A stretch of DNA of 64,000 bases from an archaeon (GCA_004212155.1 RXIG01000015.1:9486-73485), one strand, 5' to 3'. Positions 28,032 to 39,128 are shown, counted from the first letter of the stretch. Numbers and translations are program-made. Notes: a model not told the origin generated them from the sequence alone.

Positions 28032-30464
28032 ATGGAGAACGTTGAGAGCGCGATACGGGAGATAAACATCGAGGACGAGATGAAGGAGTCCTATCTCAAC
28101 TACGCAATGAGCGTCATCGTGAGCCGGGCACTCCCCGACGTACGTGATGGGCTCAAACCAGTACAACGCCGCATACTGTACTCAATGTACGAATCCGGCA
28201 TCACATCATCAAAACCGCACAAGAAATCGGCACGCGTCGTTGGTGACGTGCTTGGCAAGTATCATCCTCATGGTGACAGCGCCGTCTATGACACGATGGT
28301 CCGCATGGCACAGAACTTCTCCATGCGCTACCCGCTCATCGACGGACAAGGCAACTTCGGTTCGGTCGACGGAGACTCTGCGGCCGCAATGCGCTACACC
28401 GAGGCCCGTCTCTCAAAGATTGCCGAAGAGCTTGTGCATGACATTGACAAGAATACGGTCGACTTCGTCTTCAATTACGACAATACGATAGAGGAACCGA
28501 CCGTGCTCCCATCGATGGCGCCCAACCTGCTCCTCAACGGCGCATCAGGTATCGCGGTGGGCATGGCGACCAAGATCCCGCCACACAACCTATGTGAGGT
28601 CGTGGACGGCATCACGGCGCTCATCGACGACCCCGACATGGAAGACAAGGAGCTCTTCTCGATCATCAAGGGGCCGGACTTCCCAACAGGTGGCATCATC
28701 TACGGGGGGTACGGCATCATTTCGGGTTACAAGACGGGAAGGGGTCCGATACGTGTTCGCTCGCGCGTCGACATCGAGGAGAAGGAAACGGAAAAGCGCA
28801 TCATCGTGAACGAGATACCCTACGAGGTCAACAAGACTACACTGCTTGAGCAGATCGCCGAACTTGTCAAATCAAAACGCATTGATGGCATACGCGACCT
28901 GCGCGACGAGTCTGACAGGAGCGGCCTTCGCATCGTCATCGACCTCAAGAAGGAGGCAAACGCCAACGTCATTCTCAATCAACTCTACAAGCATACCAAC
29001 ATGCAGACCACGTTCGCCACGAACATGCTCGCACTCGTCGACAACAAGCCGATCGTGCTTACGCTGCGCAAGCTCATACGCTACTATCTGCAGCACAGAT
29101 TTACCGTCATACGAAACAGGACCCAGTACGACCTCGACAAGGCGCTGCAGCGTGCACACGTCCTTGAAGGCCTCATCACGGCACTCGAACACCTCGACGA
29201 CGTGATCGCCATCATCAAGAAGGCAAAGAATCCGGAGGAAGCACGCACTGCGCTCGTTGAGTCGTTCGGATTGAGCGAGACCCAGGCACAGGCCATACTC
29301 GACATGCGCCTAGCACGCCTCACCAACATGGAACAGGAAAAGATCAGAACAGACCTTGCAGAGGTACTTACACAGATCGATGACTACCGGGACATCCTGG
29401 CCCACGACGAACGCGTCTATGTCATCATCAAGGCTGAGCTCGCATACCTGAAGGAGAAGTACGGCGACAAACGACGGACGGAGATCGTATATGATGGCAC
29501 CGACTTCGAGGACGAGGATCTCATCCCTGAGGAGGACGTCGTCATCACGGTATCACACGAAGGATACATCAAACGCACACCCATTGACACCTACCGTATG
29601 CAGCGTCGCGGAGGCGTCGGAGTGATGGCATCGAGCACCAAGGAAGAGGACTTCATAGAACATATCTTCATAACGAACACGCACGATTACATCCTCTTTT
29701 TCACCAACACGGGAAAGGTCTACTGGAAGAAGGCGTATCAGATACCAGCAGGCGGCAGGGCGTCAAGAGGCAAGGCCGCCATCAATCTCATCAACACCGA
29801 CCCGGGCGAATACATATACGCCCTTATACCCATAAAGGACTTCACCGATTACCACTACCTCTTCTTCACGACGAAGAAGGGATATGTGAAAAAGACCCCT
29901 CTCTCCGCGTTCTCGCGCCCTCGTGCAGGCGGCATCATCGCACTCACGCTCGAGGACGATGATGAGCTCATGAAGGTACGAAAGACCGATGGCAACGACC
30001 TGATCATGCTCGGTACGAGGAAGGGCAACACGATCCTCTTTGATGAAAACGACGTAAGGCCTATGGGACGAAGTGCGCGGGGCGTGCATGGCATACGCCT
30101 CAAGAAGAAAGACGAGGTCGTCGGCATGGACATCGCACATGAGGGCGACAAGGTCTTTTCCATCACAGAACATGGCTATGGCAAGCTGACCCCAGTCTCC
30201 GACTACCCCTTGCAGCGTCGTGGCGGGATGGGCGTCAAGAACATCAAGACAGGGAGCCGAAACGGCGATGCGATCGCCCTCAGGACTGTGAAGAGGGGCG
30301 ATGAGCTCATGATCATCAGCGCCGACGGCACTATGATCCGTACGCATACGCAAAACATCTCTACCCTTGGCAGGAACACGAAAGGCGTGATAGTCATGCG
30401 GCTTCGTGAAGGTGACAAGGTCAGCGCTGTCGCCCGCATTCCCGAAAAGATCGAAGAAGAATGA
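28032..30464 (+). CDS. gyrA: DNA gyrase subunit A
   Basis: [41 protein letters not shown] (active-site Tyr context), plus the C-terminal beta-pinwheel repeats. Confidence 0.95.
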   Translation: MENVESAIREINIEDEMKESYLNYAMSVIVSRALPDVRDGLKPVQRRILYSMYESGITSSKPHKKSARVVGDVLGKYHPHGDSAVYDTMVRMAQNFSMRYPLIDGQGNFGSVDGDSAAAMRYTEARLSKIAEELVHDIDKNTVDFVFNYDNTIEEPTVLPSMAPNLLLNGASGIAVGMATKIPPHNLCEVVDGITALIDDPDMEDKELFSIIKGPDFPTGGIIYGGYGIISGYKTGRGPIRVRSRVDIEEKETEKRIIVNEIPYEVNKTTLLEQIAELVKSKRIDGIRDLRDESDRSGLRIVIDLKKEANANVILNQLYKHTNMQTTFATNMLALVDNKPIVLTLRKLIRYYLQHRFTVIRNRTQYDLDKALQRAHVLEGLITALEHLDDVIAIIKKAKNPEEARTALVESFGLSETQAQAILDMRLARLTNMEQEKIRTDLAEVLTQIDDYRDILAHDERVYVIIKAELAYLKEKYGDKRRTEIVYDGTDFEDEDLIPEEDVVITVSHEGYIKRTPIDTYRMQRRGGVGVMASSTKEEDFIEHIFITNTHDYILFFTNTGKVYWKKAYQIPAGGRASRGKAAINLINTDPGEYIYALIPIKDFTDYHYLFFTTKKGYVKKTPLSAFSRPRAGGIIALTLEDDDELMKVRKTDGNDLIMLGTRKGNTILFDENDVRPMGRSARGVHGIRLKKKDEVVGMDIAHEGDKVFSITEHGYGKLTPVSDYPLQRRGGMGVKNIKTGSRNGDAIALRTVKRGDELMIISADGTMIRTHTQNISTLGRNTKGVIVMRLREGDKVSAVARIPEKIEEE

Positions 30465-30495
30465 GCAATCGTGCAAACACGATGTTCCAACAAGG

Positions 30496-30568
30496 TGGGC
30501 TCGGCGGGATTCGAACCCGCGATATCAAGGTCCGAAGCCTTGCGCCCTATCCACTAGACTACGAGCCC
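30496..30568 (-). tRNA. tRNA-Arg (UCG)
   Basis: Acceptor GGGCTCG/CGAGCCC, anticodon arm CAAGG-CTTCGGA-CCTTG, T arm GCGGG-TTCGAAT-CCCGC. CCA is not encoded. A TTTTTTAAA box lies about 27 nt upstream. Confidence 0.9.
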
Positions 30569-30643
30569 ATCCTATTACATACCCCACCGTTTAAAAAAGT
30601 TATGGGATTATGGGGACATCGACCATGCGATCCCTTTTGCCAT

Positions 30644-31990
30644 CTACACGATATGCGGGATGTCGGAGGTGGACGTGGGGAATGCAAACATCGCTTCCTG
30701 CAGATCGCTCGCATGAAACCCCTTCCTGATGGCAAGTGCCAATACGTTGATCATGTCTCCTGCCTGCGGCGCCATGATGTGTGCGCCAAGCAGGCGGCCA
30801 CTTCCCCTCTCTTCAATGACGCGGCTCCAAGCATGGGTGTTTCCCACCTGGCGCGATGATAACCACGACGAGAGGTCGTGCTCGCGTACGACAACATCCA
30901 GCCCCTGCTTTTTGGCCGATTCCTCAGTATGTCCGACCGATGCCACCTGCGGGATGCCAAACAGTATCGATGGCACGGCATCGTAATCGATGGTCGAACG
31001 ATTCCCGTTGAGAATGTTGTCGGCAACGATCTGGCCTTCGCGAATGGCAACGGGCTGGAGCGGCGGGGAGACGCCTCCGACGGCGTCACCTGCGGCATAG
31101 ACAGCCTCGTTTGACACGCTCTGAAGATGGTTCGTCACGGCCACGCCCCGCGGGGAACGTTCGACATTGCCTGCGGAGAGGTCGAGCGCATCGAGCTGTG
31201 GCACGCGTCCGGCACCGTGGACCACGAGGTCAGCTGCATACCTCCTTTGATCGCCCGACGTTTGCACCGTATATTCATCGCCATTCCATTTGACACCGGT
31301 CACGGGCGCATTCACGACTACGTTGATGCCCGCATCCCTAGATGCCTCCACGAAGTGTTGCACGAGCACCGGATCGAACTGTTTGAGGGGCTGCTCGCTT
31401 CTGTGGAGGATCGTTACGTCCGCGCCTGCGCGTGCGGCAACATGCGCGAACTCGAAAGAGATGTATCCTCCGCCCACGAAGACGATGCGGGCAGGAAGCT
31501 CATCGAGCCCTAGGAAGTCCTCGTTCGTGACGAGATGATCGGCGCCGGGGAACGAGAGCTGCCGAGGCATCGCCCCGCTCGCTATAACGATGTGTGTTGA
31601 CGAAAGCGACGTGCATCCTACCTTCATCGTCGAGGAAGATATGAAACGCGCAGTGCCCTGGAACGAACGTATGCCCAGTTGCTTGTACTCCTCAAGTCGA
31701 GCCTCCGTGACGGGGTCGGTGAACTCTCGCTTGAACGCGACAAGACCCGGCCAATCGACAGGTGCGGGAGACGCAAAGACGCCTTTTTCAGAAAGTGAAC
31801 GGTGATGTTCACCGATCGTCGATGCTCCCACAAGCACTTTCTTCGGGGTGCATCCACGCAGCGCACACGTCCCCCCGAACGGGTCATGGTCGACGACCGC
31901 CACTGAAAGGCCCTCATCGTTACATGCATGGGCAACAGTATTTCCCGCACTGCCAGAACCGATTACCACGACATCGAATTGATCCATCAT
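30644..31990 (-). CDS. Class I pyridine nucleotide-disulfide oxidoreductase (glutathione/dihydrolipoamide reductase-like)
   Basis: FDVVVIGSGSAG..GGTCALRGCTPKK redox-active disulfide, a second dinucleotide fold VFVGGGYISFE, and a C-terminal dimerisation domain. Confidence 0.8.
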   Translation of the reverse strand: MMDQFDVVVIGSGSAGNTVAHACNDEGLSVAVVDHDPFGGTCALRGCTPKKVLVGASTIGEHHRSLSEKGVFASPAPVDWPGLVAFKREFTDPVTEARLEEYKQLGIRSFQGTARFISSSTMKVGCTSLSSTHIVIASGAMPRQLSFPGADHLVTNEDFLGLDELPARIVFVGGGYISFEFAHVAARAGADVTILHRSEQPLKQFDPVLVQHFVEASRDAGINVVVNAPVTGVKWNGDEYTVQTSGDQRRYAADLVVHGAGRVPQLDALDLSAGNVERSPRGVAVTNHLQSVSNEAVYAAGDAVGGVSPPLQPVAIREGQIVADNILNGNRSTIDYDAVPSILFGIPQVASVGHTEESAKKQGLDVVVREHDLSSWLSSRQVGNTHAWSRVIEERGSGRLLGAHIMAPQAGDMINVLALAIRKGFHASDLQEAMFAFPTSTSDIPHIV

Positions 31991-32044
31991 GACACCATAT
32001 GCTAATAGAGAGCTAGATATTTAAAAGATTGCAAGCTAGGCATT

Positions 32045-32869
32045 GTGATGGCCAGGGAAAACGATGAATGGGTGCGTTCATTTCAGCGCATCATCTATGC
32101 TTATTACAACGAGCACAAACGGCCATTTCGGTGGCGCGAAACGCACGATCCGTACGCCATACTCGTCTCCGAGGTCATGCTGCAACAAACGCAGACATCG
32201 CGTGTTCGGGACAAGTACGATGCGTTCCTAACGGCTTTTCCGACGTTTGAATCGCTTGCGCAGGCGCCCACAGCCGATGTGCTCGAACTCTGGCAGGGGC
32301 TCGGCTACAACAAGCGCGCGCTTTCACTCAAACGGACGGCAAAGGTCATCATGGAACGACACGGCAGCAAGCTTCCCTCAGACGAATCCGAGCTGCGTGC
32401 GCTTCCGGGAATCGGAACATATACTGCCGCCGCCCTACGCGTGTTCGCGTTCAATGTGCCTGCACCCGTCATTGACACGAATGTCCGCGCGGTCTATATA
32501 CATTTCTTCTCTGACGGCTCGACGAATGTGCGAGACACAGACCTGCTGCCCCTGATACGCGACACGTTCGACACGGACCATCCGAGGGAATGGGTCTATG
32601 CACTCATGGACTATGGTGTATATCTCAAAAGGAACATGAAAAATCCCGCGCGCAATAGCACGGCTTACAAGAAACAATCTCGGTTCGAGGGATCGAACAG
32701 GCAGGTGCGTGGCATGATAGTGCGCTTCCTCCTCGATGGAAAGCACTCGGCAAGAGAAGTCGCCAAAGGGATCGATATTGACGAGACGATGGTCAAAAAG
32801 GCCCTTGAGACGCTTGTCAAAGACGGCATCTTGACATGCCGAGATGACACCTACGCCATCGTTTCATAA
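32045..32869 (+). CDS. HhH-GPD DNA glycosylase (MutY/Nth-like) lacking the Fe-S cluster loop, with C-terminal wHTH-like tail
   Basis: ILVSEVMLQQTQ..LGYNKRA..LPGIGTYTAAA..VIDTNVRAV. The whole protein has a single Cys. Confidence 0.72.
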   Translation: MMARENDEWVRSFQRIIYAYYNEHKRPFRWRETHDPYAILVSEVMLQQTQTSRVRDKYDAFLTAFPTFESLAQAPTADVLELWQGLGYNKRALSLKRTAKVIMERHGSKLPSDESELRALPGIGTYTAAALRVFAFNVPAPVIDTNVRAVYIHFFSDGSTNVRDTDLLPLIRDTFDTDHPREWVYALMDYGVYLKRNMKNPARNSTAYKKQSRFEGSNRQVRGMIVRFLLDGKHSAREVAKGIDIDETMVKKALETLVKDGILTCRDDTYAIVS

Positions 32870-32877
32870 CGATGCTC

Positions 32878-33390
32878 CTACCGTTCGTGGAGCATGCGGG
32901 CCATCGTCACAAGCTCCTCGACCTCCTCTGGCGATGAGTATCCATTCCCACGCCACCTGATGAACCCGCTCTTGTCAAGGAGGAACGCATAGCAGATGCC
33001 ACGATCCTCAAGCGCGAGAAGGGAGCTATACACCTCGAAGTTCCCATAATAGGTAACTACGTTGTGATGCCTCTTTTCAGGGACGCCGGCACGCATGCCA
33101 TCATCGATGAATCGTGAGAACATGCGCCCCCACAATCCCGCGATCATGGGGACCTCGAAGTAGGTATATCGCCCCGCTCCACACAGATGGCGTTCGAATG
33201 GGCCGATCCATGAATCTACCATGCTTTGTGCCTGGCGCTCGAACGCGAGTACGATGAGCGCCACCATGCCCTGGGCGTCATCGGGGAGCGTTACGTCGCG
33301 CTGATCGAGCGCATGCCCCCGTATCTGGGGAAACCGTTCACCGACCACATCTTCTGTCTCCGGCATAGTACTACTGTGCACTGAGACCAT
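32878..33390 (-). CDS. Hypothetical protein, possibly thioredoxin-fold (ATP10/redoxin-like)
   Basis: ORF with ..VALIVLAFERQAQSMVDSWIGPF..YFEVPMI..CYAFLLDKSGFIRWRG. The start is ambiguous (TTG 33408, ATG 33390, ATG 33366). Family recall is weak. Confidence 0.4.
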   Translation of the reverse strand: MVSVHSSTMPETEDVVGERFPQIRGHALDQRDVTLPDDAQGMVALIVLAFERQAQSMVDSWIGPFERHLCGAGRYTYFEVPMIAGLWGRMFSRFIDDGMRAGVPEKRHHNVVTYYGNFEVYSSLLALEDRGICYAFLLDKSGFIRWRGNGYSSPEEVEELVTMARMLHER

Positions 33391-33415
33391 AAAGATATTT
33401 GTCCACAAAACGGCA

Positions 33416-34027
33416 TCAGCTGTGCGTGCGGGGCGTGATCACGCGTTCGAGCAGGGTAAACGACACATCGATGAATATGGCGATACCTATTGTGGGAAGG
33501 GATCCGGCGATGATCTTGTCGGTATTGAGATTCGAGAGACCAGAGAATATGACAGAACCCAATCCCCCGCTTCCGATGATGGCGGTGAGTATGGCGATAC
33601 TGTTGGCCAGGATGGCGGCGAACTTCATGCCTGCGAACATGGCAGGATACGAGTGTGGGAGACGTATGTATCGTATGATCTGCCATTCGGTGAGGCCGAG
33701 GCCCCGGGCCGAGGAGACGGCCGACGCATCGATGTCCTTGAGGCCGATATAGGTGTTCTTGATGATTGGAAGGAGCGCGCGGACGACGATGGCTATGACC
33801 GCGGGTGTGAACCCGATGCCGAGAAGCGGTACGACGATGGCCACGACGGCAAAGCTTGGAATCGCCTGGAGCAGGTTTGCCAATGTCAAGACCGCATTCG
33901 AGAGCCGCTTGCTGAAAAGCGAGAGTATGGCAAGCGGTATGGCCGTCACCACGCTGAAAAACAGTGCCCCGTAGGTGAGGGTGAGATGCTGTATCGTTGC
34001 ATTGGTAAGCGTATCAACGGGTACCAT
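33416..34027 (-). CDS. Osmoprotectant (glycine betaine/choline-type) ABC transporter permease
   Basis: Binding-protein-dependent transport permease pattern with an EAA-like loop SARGLGLTEWQIIRYIRLP. Confidence 0.85.
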   Translation of the reverse strand: MVPVDTLTNATIQHLTLTYGALFFSVVTAIPLAILSLFSKRLSNAVLTLANLLQAIPSFAVVAIVVPLLGIGFTPAVIAIVVRALLPIIKNTYIGLKDIDASAVSSARGLGLTEWQIIRYIRLPHSYPAMFAGMKFAAILANSIAILTAIIGSGGLGSVIFSGLSNLNTDKIIAGSLPTIGIAIFIDVSFTLLERVITPRTHS

Positions 34028-34676
34028 CGCGGTTCACCTCCAGACGATGCTCGATCATCCCGGCGACCGAATCAAGGATGAGTGCGAGCAAGCCGACCCA
34101 TAGTCCCGTGACGATGATAATGTCCTTGTCATAGAGCTGAATGCCCGTCTGTAGGGGGGCACCGAGACCGCCTGCCGCGATGAGACCGCCAAGTGTTACG
34201 ACCCCCATGGTGAAGACGAGGGCGATGCGTATGCCTCCTGCGATGAGCGGAAGAGCAAGGGGAAACCGTACTTTGCGTAATATCTCGGAATCGGAAAGAC
34301 CGAGTGCCTCGGCAACGAGGATATGCTCCTTGTCCACGCTCGTAAGGCCCGTGTAGGTGTTTCGTGCGATGGGGAGGATGGAGTAGATGATGGACGTGAC
34401 GATCGTTGGCTTCATACCCAACCCCAGAAGAGGAAGCAGCAGCACGAGGAGCGCAAGCGTGGGTATCGTCTCTGCTATGTTGAGAACGTTGAAAAGCACG
34501 GTTGCGACACGGAATCGGCGATAGACGATGACGCCCACAATGATGCCGACGATGCTCGCGACGACGAGGGCAATGGCGAACATGGTGAGGTGTTCGACCG
34601 TCCGCTGCGTAAGCTGCTGCAACTCCCATACGTCCATGATTCGATCGATGATGTTCATGGCAACACACTCATACAA
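34014..34676 (-). CDS. Osmoprotectant ABC transporter permease
   Basis: Second permease paralog with EAA loop AEALGLSDSEILRKVRFPLALP. Overlaps both neighbours. Confidence 0.85.
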   Translation of the reverse strand: MYECVAMNIIDRIMDVWELQQLTQRTVEHLTMFAIALVVASIVGIIVGVIVYRRFRVATVLFNVLNIAETIPTLALLVLLLPLLGLGMKPTIVTSIIYSILPIARNTYTGLTSVDKEHILVAEALGLSDSEILRKVRFPLALPLIAGGIRIALVFTMGVVTLGGLIAAGGLGAPLQTGIQLYDKDIIIVTGLWVGLLALILDSVAGMIEHRLEVNRDGTR

Positions 34677-35808
34677 GTCGCAGCAACGTTTCGTTCATGC
34701 TGATAATGCCCGTTGGTTGCCCATCGCGAGACGTGACGACGGCCATGGGAATGCCATGCGCCTTCATCTCGGATAGGGCCGCGGGAAGAGAATCGTTGGC
34801 ATCGAAGATGAGTGGTTCGAATGCGTGGTCGCGCAGGCGGCCTTGGGCGTCACGGTAGAGGGAAAGCGCATTGACCAGTCCGATGATCTCCCCACCCTCC
34901 ACAGCAAGGGCAACTTCGATGTCATGTTCATGCATTGAGGACAGGGCGTCCTTGCTGTCCATGCGCCCATCGAGCAGATGATCGTCATCAAGGGCATACG
35001 CCACATCGCCGACACACATCGTATCGACATGCTTGTACTTCTTGTTCGCATCGACTATATCGGCGACAAACGCGCTCTCGGGATGAAATATCAGTTCATA
35101 TGCGGTGCCGACCTGGTCAAGCGAGGCATCGCGCATGATGGCAATCCTGTCGCCCAGCTTGAACGACTCCTCAATATCGTGCGTAACAAAAAGGATGGTC
35201 TTGCCGAGCTCCTCCTTGATCTTGGCGAACTCGTCTTGCAGCTGCATGCGCAAGATTGGGTCGAGCGCGCCGAATGGTTCGTCCATGAGCAGTATGGGGG
35301 GGTCCATGGCGAGGGCGCGAGCAAGACCAACACGCTGCTGCTGACCGCCGCTTAGCTCCTGTGGATAACGCCCGGAAAACACCTCTGGCGGTAGGGCGAC
35401 AAGTGAGAGCAGTTCGTCGACGCGGGCATTGATATCGTCACGGGTCCATCCTTCGAGGCGCGGTATGAGCCCGATATTCTCGCGAACGGACATATGGGGG
35501 AACAATCCGATCTGCTGTATGACATATCCCATGTTGCGACGTAGCGTAACGGGGTCATGACCCCGTATATCCTGTCCGTCGATGGATATGCTGCCCTCAT
35601 CAGGTTCGATGAGACGATTCACCATGCGAAGCGTGGTGGTCTTGCCCGAACCGCTCGGGCCGATAAGGACGAGCAGCTCACCGCCGATGACATCAAGGCT
35701 CACGTCACGTACTGCATAGATCGATCCGTACGTTTTTGTCACATGGGATATGGTAATCCCTTGGATCTTGTCAAAGAGGCGTCGCGAGGTCACGGGAACG
35801 ATCCCCAA
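34669..35808 (-). CDS. Osmoprotectant ABC transporter ATP-binding protein with tandem CBS domains
   Basis: Walker A GPSGSGKTT, signature LSGGQQQRV, Walker B ILLMDEPF, and a C-terminal CBS pair. Confidence 0.9.
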   Translation of the reverse strand: MGIVPVTSRRLFDKIQGITISHVTKTYGSIYAVRDVSLDVIGGELLVLIGPSGSGKTTTLRMVNRLIEPDEGSISIDGQDIRGHDPVTLRRNMGYVIQQIGLFPHMSVRENIGLIPRLEGWTRDDINARVDELLSLVALPPEVFSGRYPQELSGGQQQRVGLARALAMDPPILLMDEPFGALDPILRMQLQDEFAKIKEELGKTILFVTHDIEESFKLGDRIAIMRDASLDQVGTAYELIFHPESAFVADIVDANKKYKHVDTMCVGDVAYALDDDHLLDGRMDSKDALSSMHEHDIEVALAVEGGEIIGLVNALSLYRDAQGRLRDHAFEPLIFDANDSLPAALSEMKAHGIPMAVVTSRDGQPTGIISMNETLLRLV

Positions 35809-35820
35809 AGGCAGGAAGGA

Positions 35821-36720
35821 TTACTCCGTGAGGAGTCCCTGGTCGACAAGGAAGTCGTATGCTATGTCGCGCGGCTCGCGCTTTTCAACATCGTATTCGT
35901 AGTTGAGCGCCCGCATCGTGGCCGTATCGATGAGGTCGTTGAGCATGGCAAGCGATTCCATGAGCTCATCGTTGTCGGCGAGCTCCGCACGGGTGATGAG
36001 TATGGCATCATACGGCGGGAACGCGGCCTTGTCGTCCTCGAGCAGCACAAGGTCATACATGTCGACACGAGCATCTGTAGTGTAGGCACTTATGGCGTCC
36101 ACCTCGTTGTTCTTGATGGCCTCGTACATGAGCGTTGGTTGCATCTGTTTCACGCTGCCAAACGTGTAACCGTAGACCTTTTCGACCTGTGGGAGCCCGT
36201 CCTGTCGTGAAGCGAACTCAGGGTCAGTGCCTATACTGAATGTGGCACCGTACTGTCCAAGCTCGGTAAGCGTCTCCACGCCATATGTAACAGCCCAATC
36301 CTCGTAGACGGCAATGGCATAGTCGTCACGGAATCCGGGCCGCGCGGCGATCGATATGGAGTCCTCCTCCATAAGCTTCTCCTCGGCAGCAGCGTATATG
36401 GTCGACACATCCCAGGTATCGGGTGCGGGAAGCTTGAAAATAACGTTATATACCGTACCGGTATATTCAAGATACATGTCGATCTGACCTTTCTTGAGCG
36501 CCTCGTAGTTGACAAGCGTGCCGCCGAGACCCTCACGGACCTCCGTATCGTATCCATGCTCCTCGAGGAGGAGAGCAGCCATGTGAGCTATGATATATTG
36601 CTCGTTAAAGAGTTTTGAGCCGATCACGACCGTCTCATCGCCGTCTGAGGACCCAATGCATCCGCTTGCACAGACGACCATGATCGCTAGTCCGAACAGT
36701 GCTATCTTTCGAAACATCAA
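35821..36720 (-). CDS. Glycine betaine/choline-type substrate-binding lipoprotein
   Basis: Signal peptide plus lipobox-like VCASGCIGS. OpuBC/OsmF-like body (GSKLFNEQYI..EYTGT..). Confidence 0.82.
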   Translation of the reverse strand: MMFRKIALFGLAIMVVCASGCIGSSDGDETVVIGSKLFNEQYIIAHMAALLLEEHGYDTEVREGLGGTLVNYEALKKGQIDMYLEYTGTVYNVIFKLPAPDTWDVSTIYAAAEEKLMEEDSISIAARPGFRDDYAIAVYEDWAVTYGVETLTELGQYGATFSIGTDPEFASRQDGLPQVEKVYGYTFGSVKQMQPTLMYEAIKNNEVDAISAYTTDARVDMYDLVLLEDDKAAFPPYDAILITRAELADNDELMESLAMLNDLIDTATMRALNYEYDVEKREPRDIAYDFLVDQGLLTE

Positions 36721-36897
36721 AAAAACACCATATCACATAGAGAACATCATAATTTATATTTTGCCCAAACTATGCGCTAAAACGTCCTTTGCAAAAAGAA
36801 CAACAAGATGTAGCAGAAATAATCCCTGTAATCGGAGGAATACAAAAAACAGTTAAGGATGAAATATGATAATGGTATAACACTACGAGGCGATCTA

Positions 36898-37749
36898 ATG
36901 AACGAACCCACCGTGGAATTGATCGAGCCTTCATGGCTCGAAGATCGATTGGATAAGGATATTCGTATCCTCGATGCTCAACCAAACATACACGACTATA
37001 TCCAGGAACACATCCCCGGAGCGGTCTACTTTAACGAAGGATTGCTCAGGGTGCCATATCTGGGCAGACCGGGCGCTTACGTTGACGACGAGGTCGTGAC
37101 GCACAACTTCGAGAGGGTCGGCATCACACCTTCCACCCCTGTGGCCGTTTATACTGCCAAGGGCGTTTTCAGCAAGATGGGGGAAGGACTTGCACAGACG
37201 ATGATGGCGTACTCGCTGGCACGATTTGGTGTCGAGAACGTCTATGTGCTCAACGGCGGGCTTGATCGATGGAAGGAAGAGGAAAGGGAGCTCACGCAAT
37301 TATTCCCCTCGATCGAGGAGTCGACATATGCGATGAAGAAATGGGACTCATTCGTCATTGAATACGACGAGTTCAAAGAGGTCAAGGACAACGACGGGGT
37401 GACATTGCTCGATGCTCGACCCTCTTCCTTTTACACGGGGCAGGGCCCCTGGATCAAACCGGGACACATCCCCGGCGCCATCAACCTCCCATGGAAGGGG
37501 CTTATGGCGGAAGGCAATCCCATGCAACTCAGGAGCATAGACGAGATACGAGACGTCCTCGATGAGAAGGGCATCTTCGAAGACAACTCCATCATATGCT
37601 CGTGCGGCACCGGAAGGGAGGCCACCAACGAGTTCCTTCTCTTCAAGTGGTACCTAGGCTTCCCCGACGTTCGCATCTATGAAGGATCGTTTACCGAGTG
37701 GTCGTCATATCCGGACAACCCGACCGTTACCGGCCCTCTCCCATGGTAG
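36898..37749 (+). CDS. Tandem-rhodanese sulfurtransferase (thiosulfate/3-mercaptopyruvate type)
   Basis: Two rhodanese domains with active-site loop CSCGTGREAT in the second. Start taken at MNEPTVELIEPSWL (ATG at 36898). Confidence 0.8.
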   Translation: MNEPTVELIEPSWLEDRLDKDIRILDAQPNIHDYIQEHIPGAVYFNEGLLRVPYLGRPGAYVDDEVVTHNFERVGITPSTPVAVYTAKGVFSKMGEGLAQTMMAYSLARFGVENVYVLNGGLDRWKEEERELTQLFPSIEESTYAMKKWDSFVIEYDEFKEVKDNDGVTLLDARPSSFYTGQGPWIKPGHIPGAINLPWKGLMAEGNPMQLRSIDEIRDVLDEKGIFEDNSIICSCGTGREATNEFLLFKWYLGFPDVRIYEGSFTEWSSYPDNPTVTGPLPW

Positions 37750-37760
37750 GGGGTGGTCTC

Positions 37761-39128
37761 ATGCTGTTTGAGAGGATAGAATCCGAGGGACTGGCACATT
37801 ATTCCTACATCATCGGAGACAGGACGCAGGCTATCGTCATAGACCCGCGCCGTGACTGCGACATATATATCCAAAAGGCGCGCGAGGCAGGATGCCGCAT
37901 CGCCCACATTCTCGAGACCCATCGCCATGAGGACTTCGTCGTGGGATCGATCGAGCTCTCCGTCAAGACAGGTGCACAGATATGGCATGCCGACGCAGAC
38001 CTCAACTACAAATACGGCACCGCGGTCCAGGATGGGCAGGAATGGCGCGTGGGTCGATTCAAGATAGAGGCGGTAGAGACGCCCGGCCACACAACGGGAA
38101 GCATGAGCTACCTGCTCTATGACCCGGACAAGACACCATGGGTCGTCTTCACGGGCGACACGCTCTTTGCAGGAGGTGTGGGGAGGACTGACCTCCTGGG
38201 AACAGACCGTATCGAACAGATGTCAGGATACCTCTACGACAGCATATTCACATCGATACTTTCCCTCAATGACGGCGTCATCGTTTGTCCTGCGCATGGG
38301 TCTGGGTCCGTATGTGCCGAATCGATAGCAGAGAGGACGTGGACGACAGTGGGACTGGAGAGGAAGTTCAATCCTATGCTCCAATTCGATGACCGTGAGA
38401 CGTTCATCAAAAACGTGGGCAAGGAGCTCGAGCGTCCCCCCTACTTCAAGAAGATGGAAAAGCTCAACGTGCGCGGACCGCCGCTCCTCAGCTCTTTGCA
38501 ACGGCCCGCAGCGCTCTCGCCTCTCGACTTTGAGGAACGCATGGAGGATTCCTTCGTTCTTGACACCCGTTTTGAGCTCGAGTTCGGCGCGGCCCACGTA
38601 CCTGGCGCCCTCTCCATTTGGGAACAGGGGCTTGCCAGTTTCGTTGGGTGGTTCGTTCCCTACACGAAACGCATTATACTTGTCCCACGAACGGAAGATC
38701 CCCTCCCCGCACTGACACAGCTTTACCGGATGGGATATGACGATGTGGCAGGATTCCTGCCAGGTGGCATGGTGGCCTGGCATATGTCCGGCAGACCCAG
38801 CGAACGGATAGAGACGATGACGGTCCAGGAGTTGTGCACTAGGATAGATGACAAGGAAGGCACGTGGATACTCGATGTACGTGGCAAGGGGGAGATAGCG
38901 CAAAATGGCGCGATACCTGGTGCCCACAATATCCACCTCACGCAGCTGCCCGAAGCCATAAACGATGTGCCAAAGGACAGAACCGTCTTCATCTTCTGCG
39001 GCAGCGGCCTGCGCTCCATGACTGCTGCAAGCCTGCTCAAGAGGAACGGATGGGACAACGTCAAGGTCGTCCTGGGGGGCCTTGCCGGATGGAGCTCGTC
39101 AACATGCCCTCTTGATCAAACACCGTGA
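37761..39128 (+). CDS. MBL-fold hydrolase fused to two rhodanese domains (persulfide dioxygenase/CstB-like architecture)
   Basis: ILETHRHEDF metal motif, ..TPGHTTGS.., GDTLF. The C-terminal rhodanese has the catalytic loop FCGSGLRS and the middle rhodanese has no Cys. Start taken at the ATG at 37761. Confidence 0.8.
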   Translation: MLFERIESEGLAHYSYIIGDRTQAIVIDPRRDCDIYIQKAREAGCRIAHILETHRHEDFVVGSIELSVKTGAQIWHADADLNYKYGTAVQDGQEWRVGRFKIEAVETPGHTTGSMSYLLYDPDKTPWVVFTGDTLFAGGVGRTDLLGTDRIEQMSGYLYDSIFTSILSLNDGVIVCPAHGSGSVCAESIAERTWTTVGLERKFNPMLQFDDRETFIKNVGKELERPPYFKKMEKLNVRGPPLLSSLQRPAALSPLDFEERMEDSFVLDTRFELEFGAAHVPGALSIWEQGLASFVGWFVPYTKRIILVPRTEDPLPALTQLYRMGYDDVAGFLPGGMVAWHMSGRPSERIETMTVQELCTRIDDKEGTWILDVRGKGEIAQNGAIPGAHNIHLTQLPEAINDVPKDRTVFIFCGSGLRSMTAASLLKRNGWDNVKVVLGGLAGWSSSTCPLDQTP

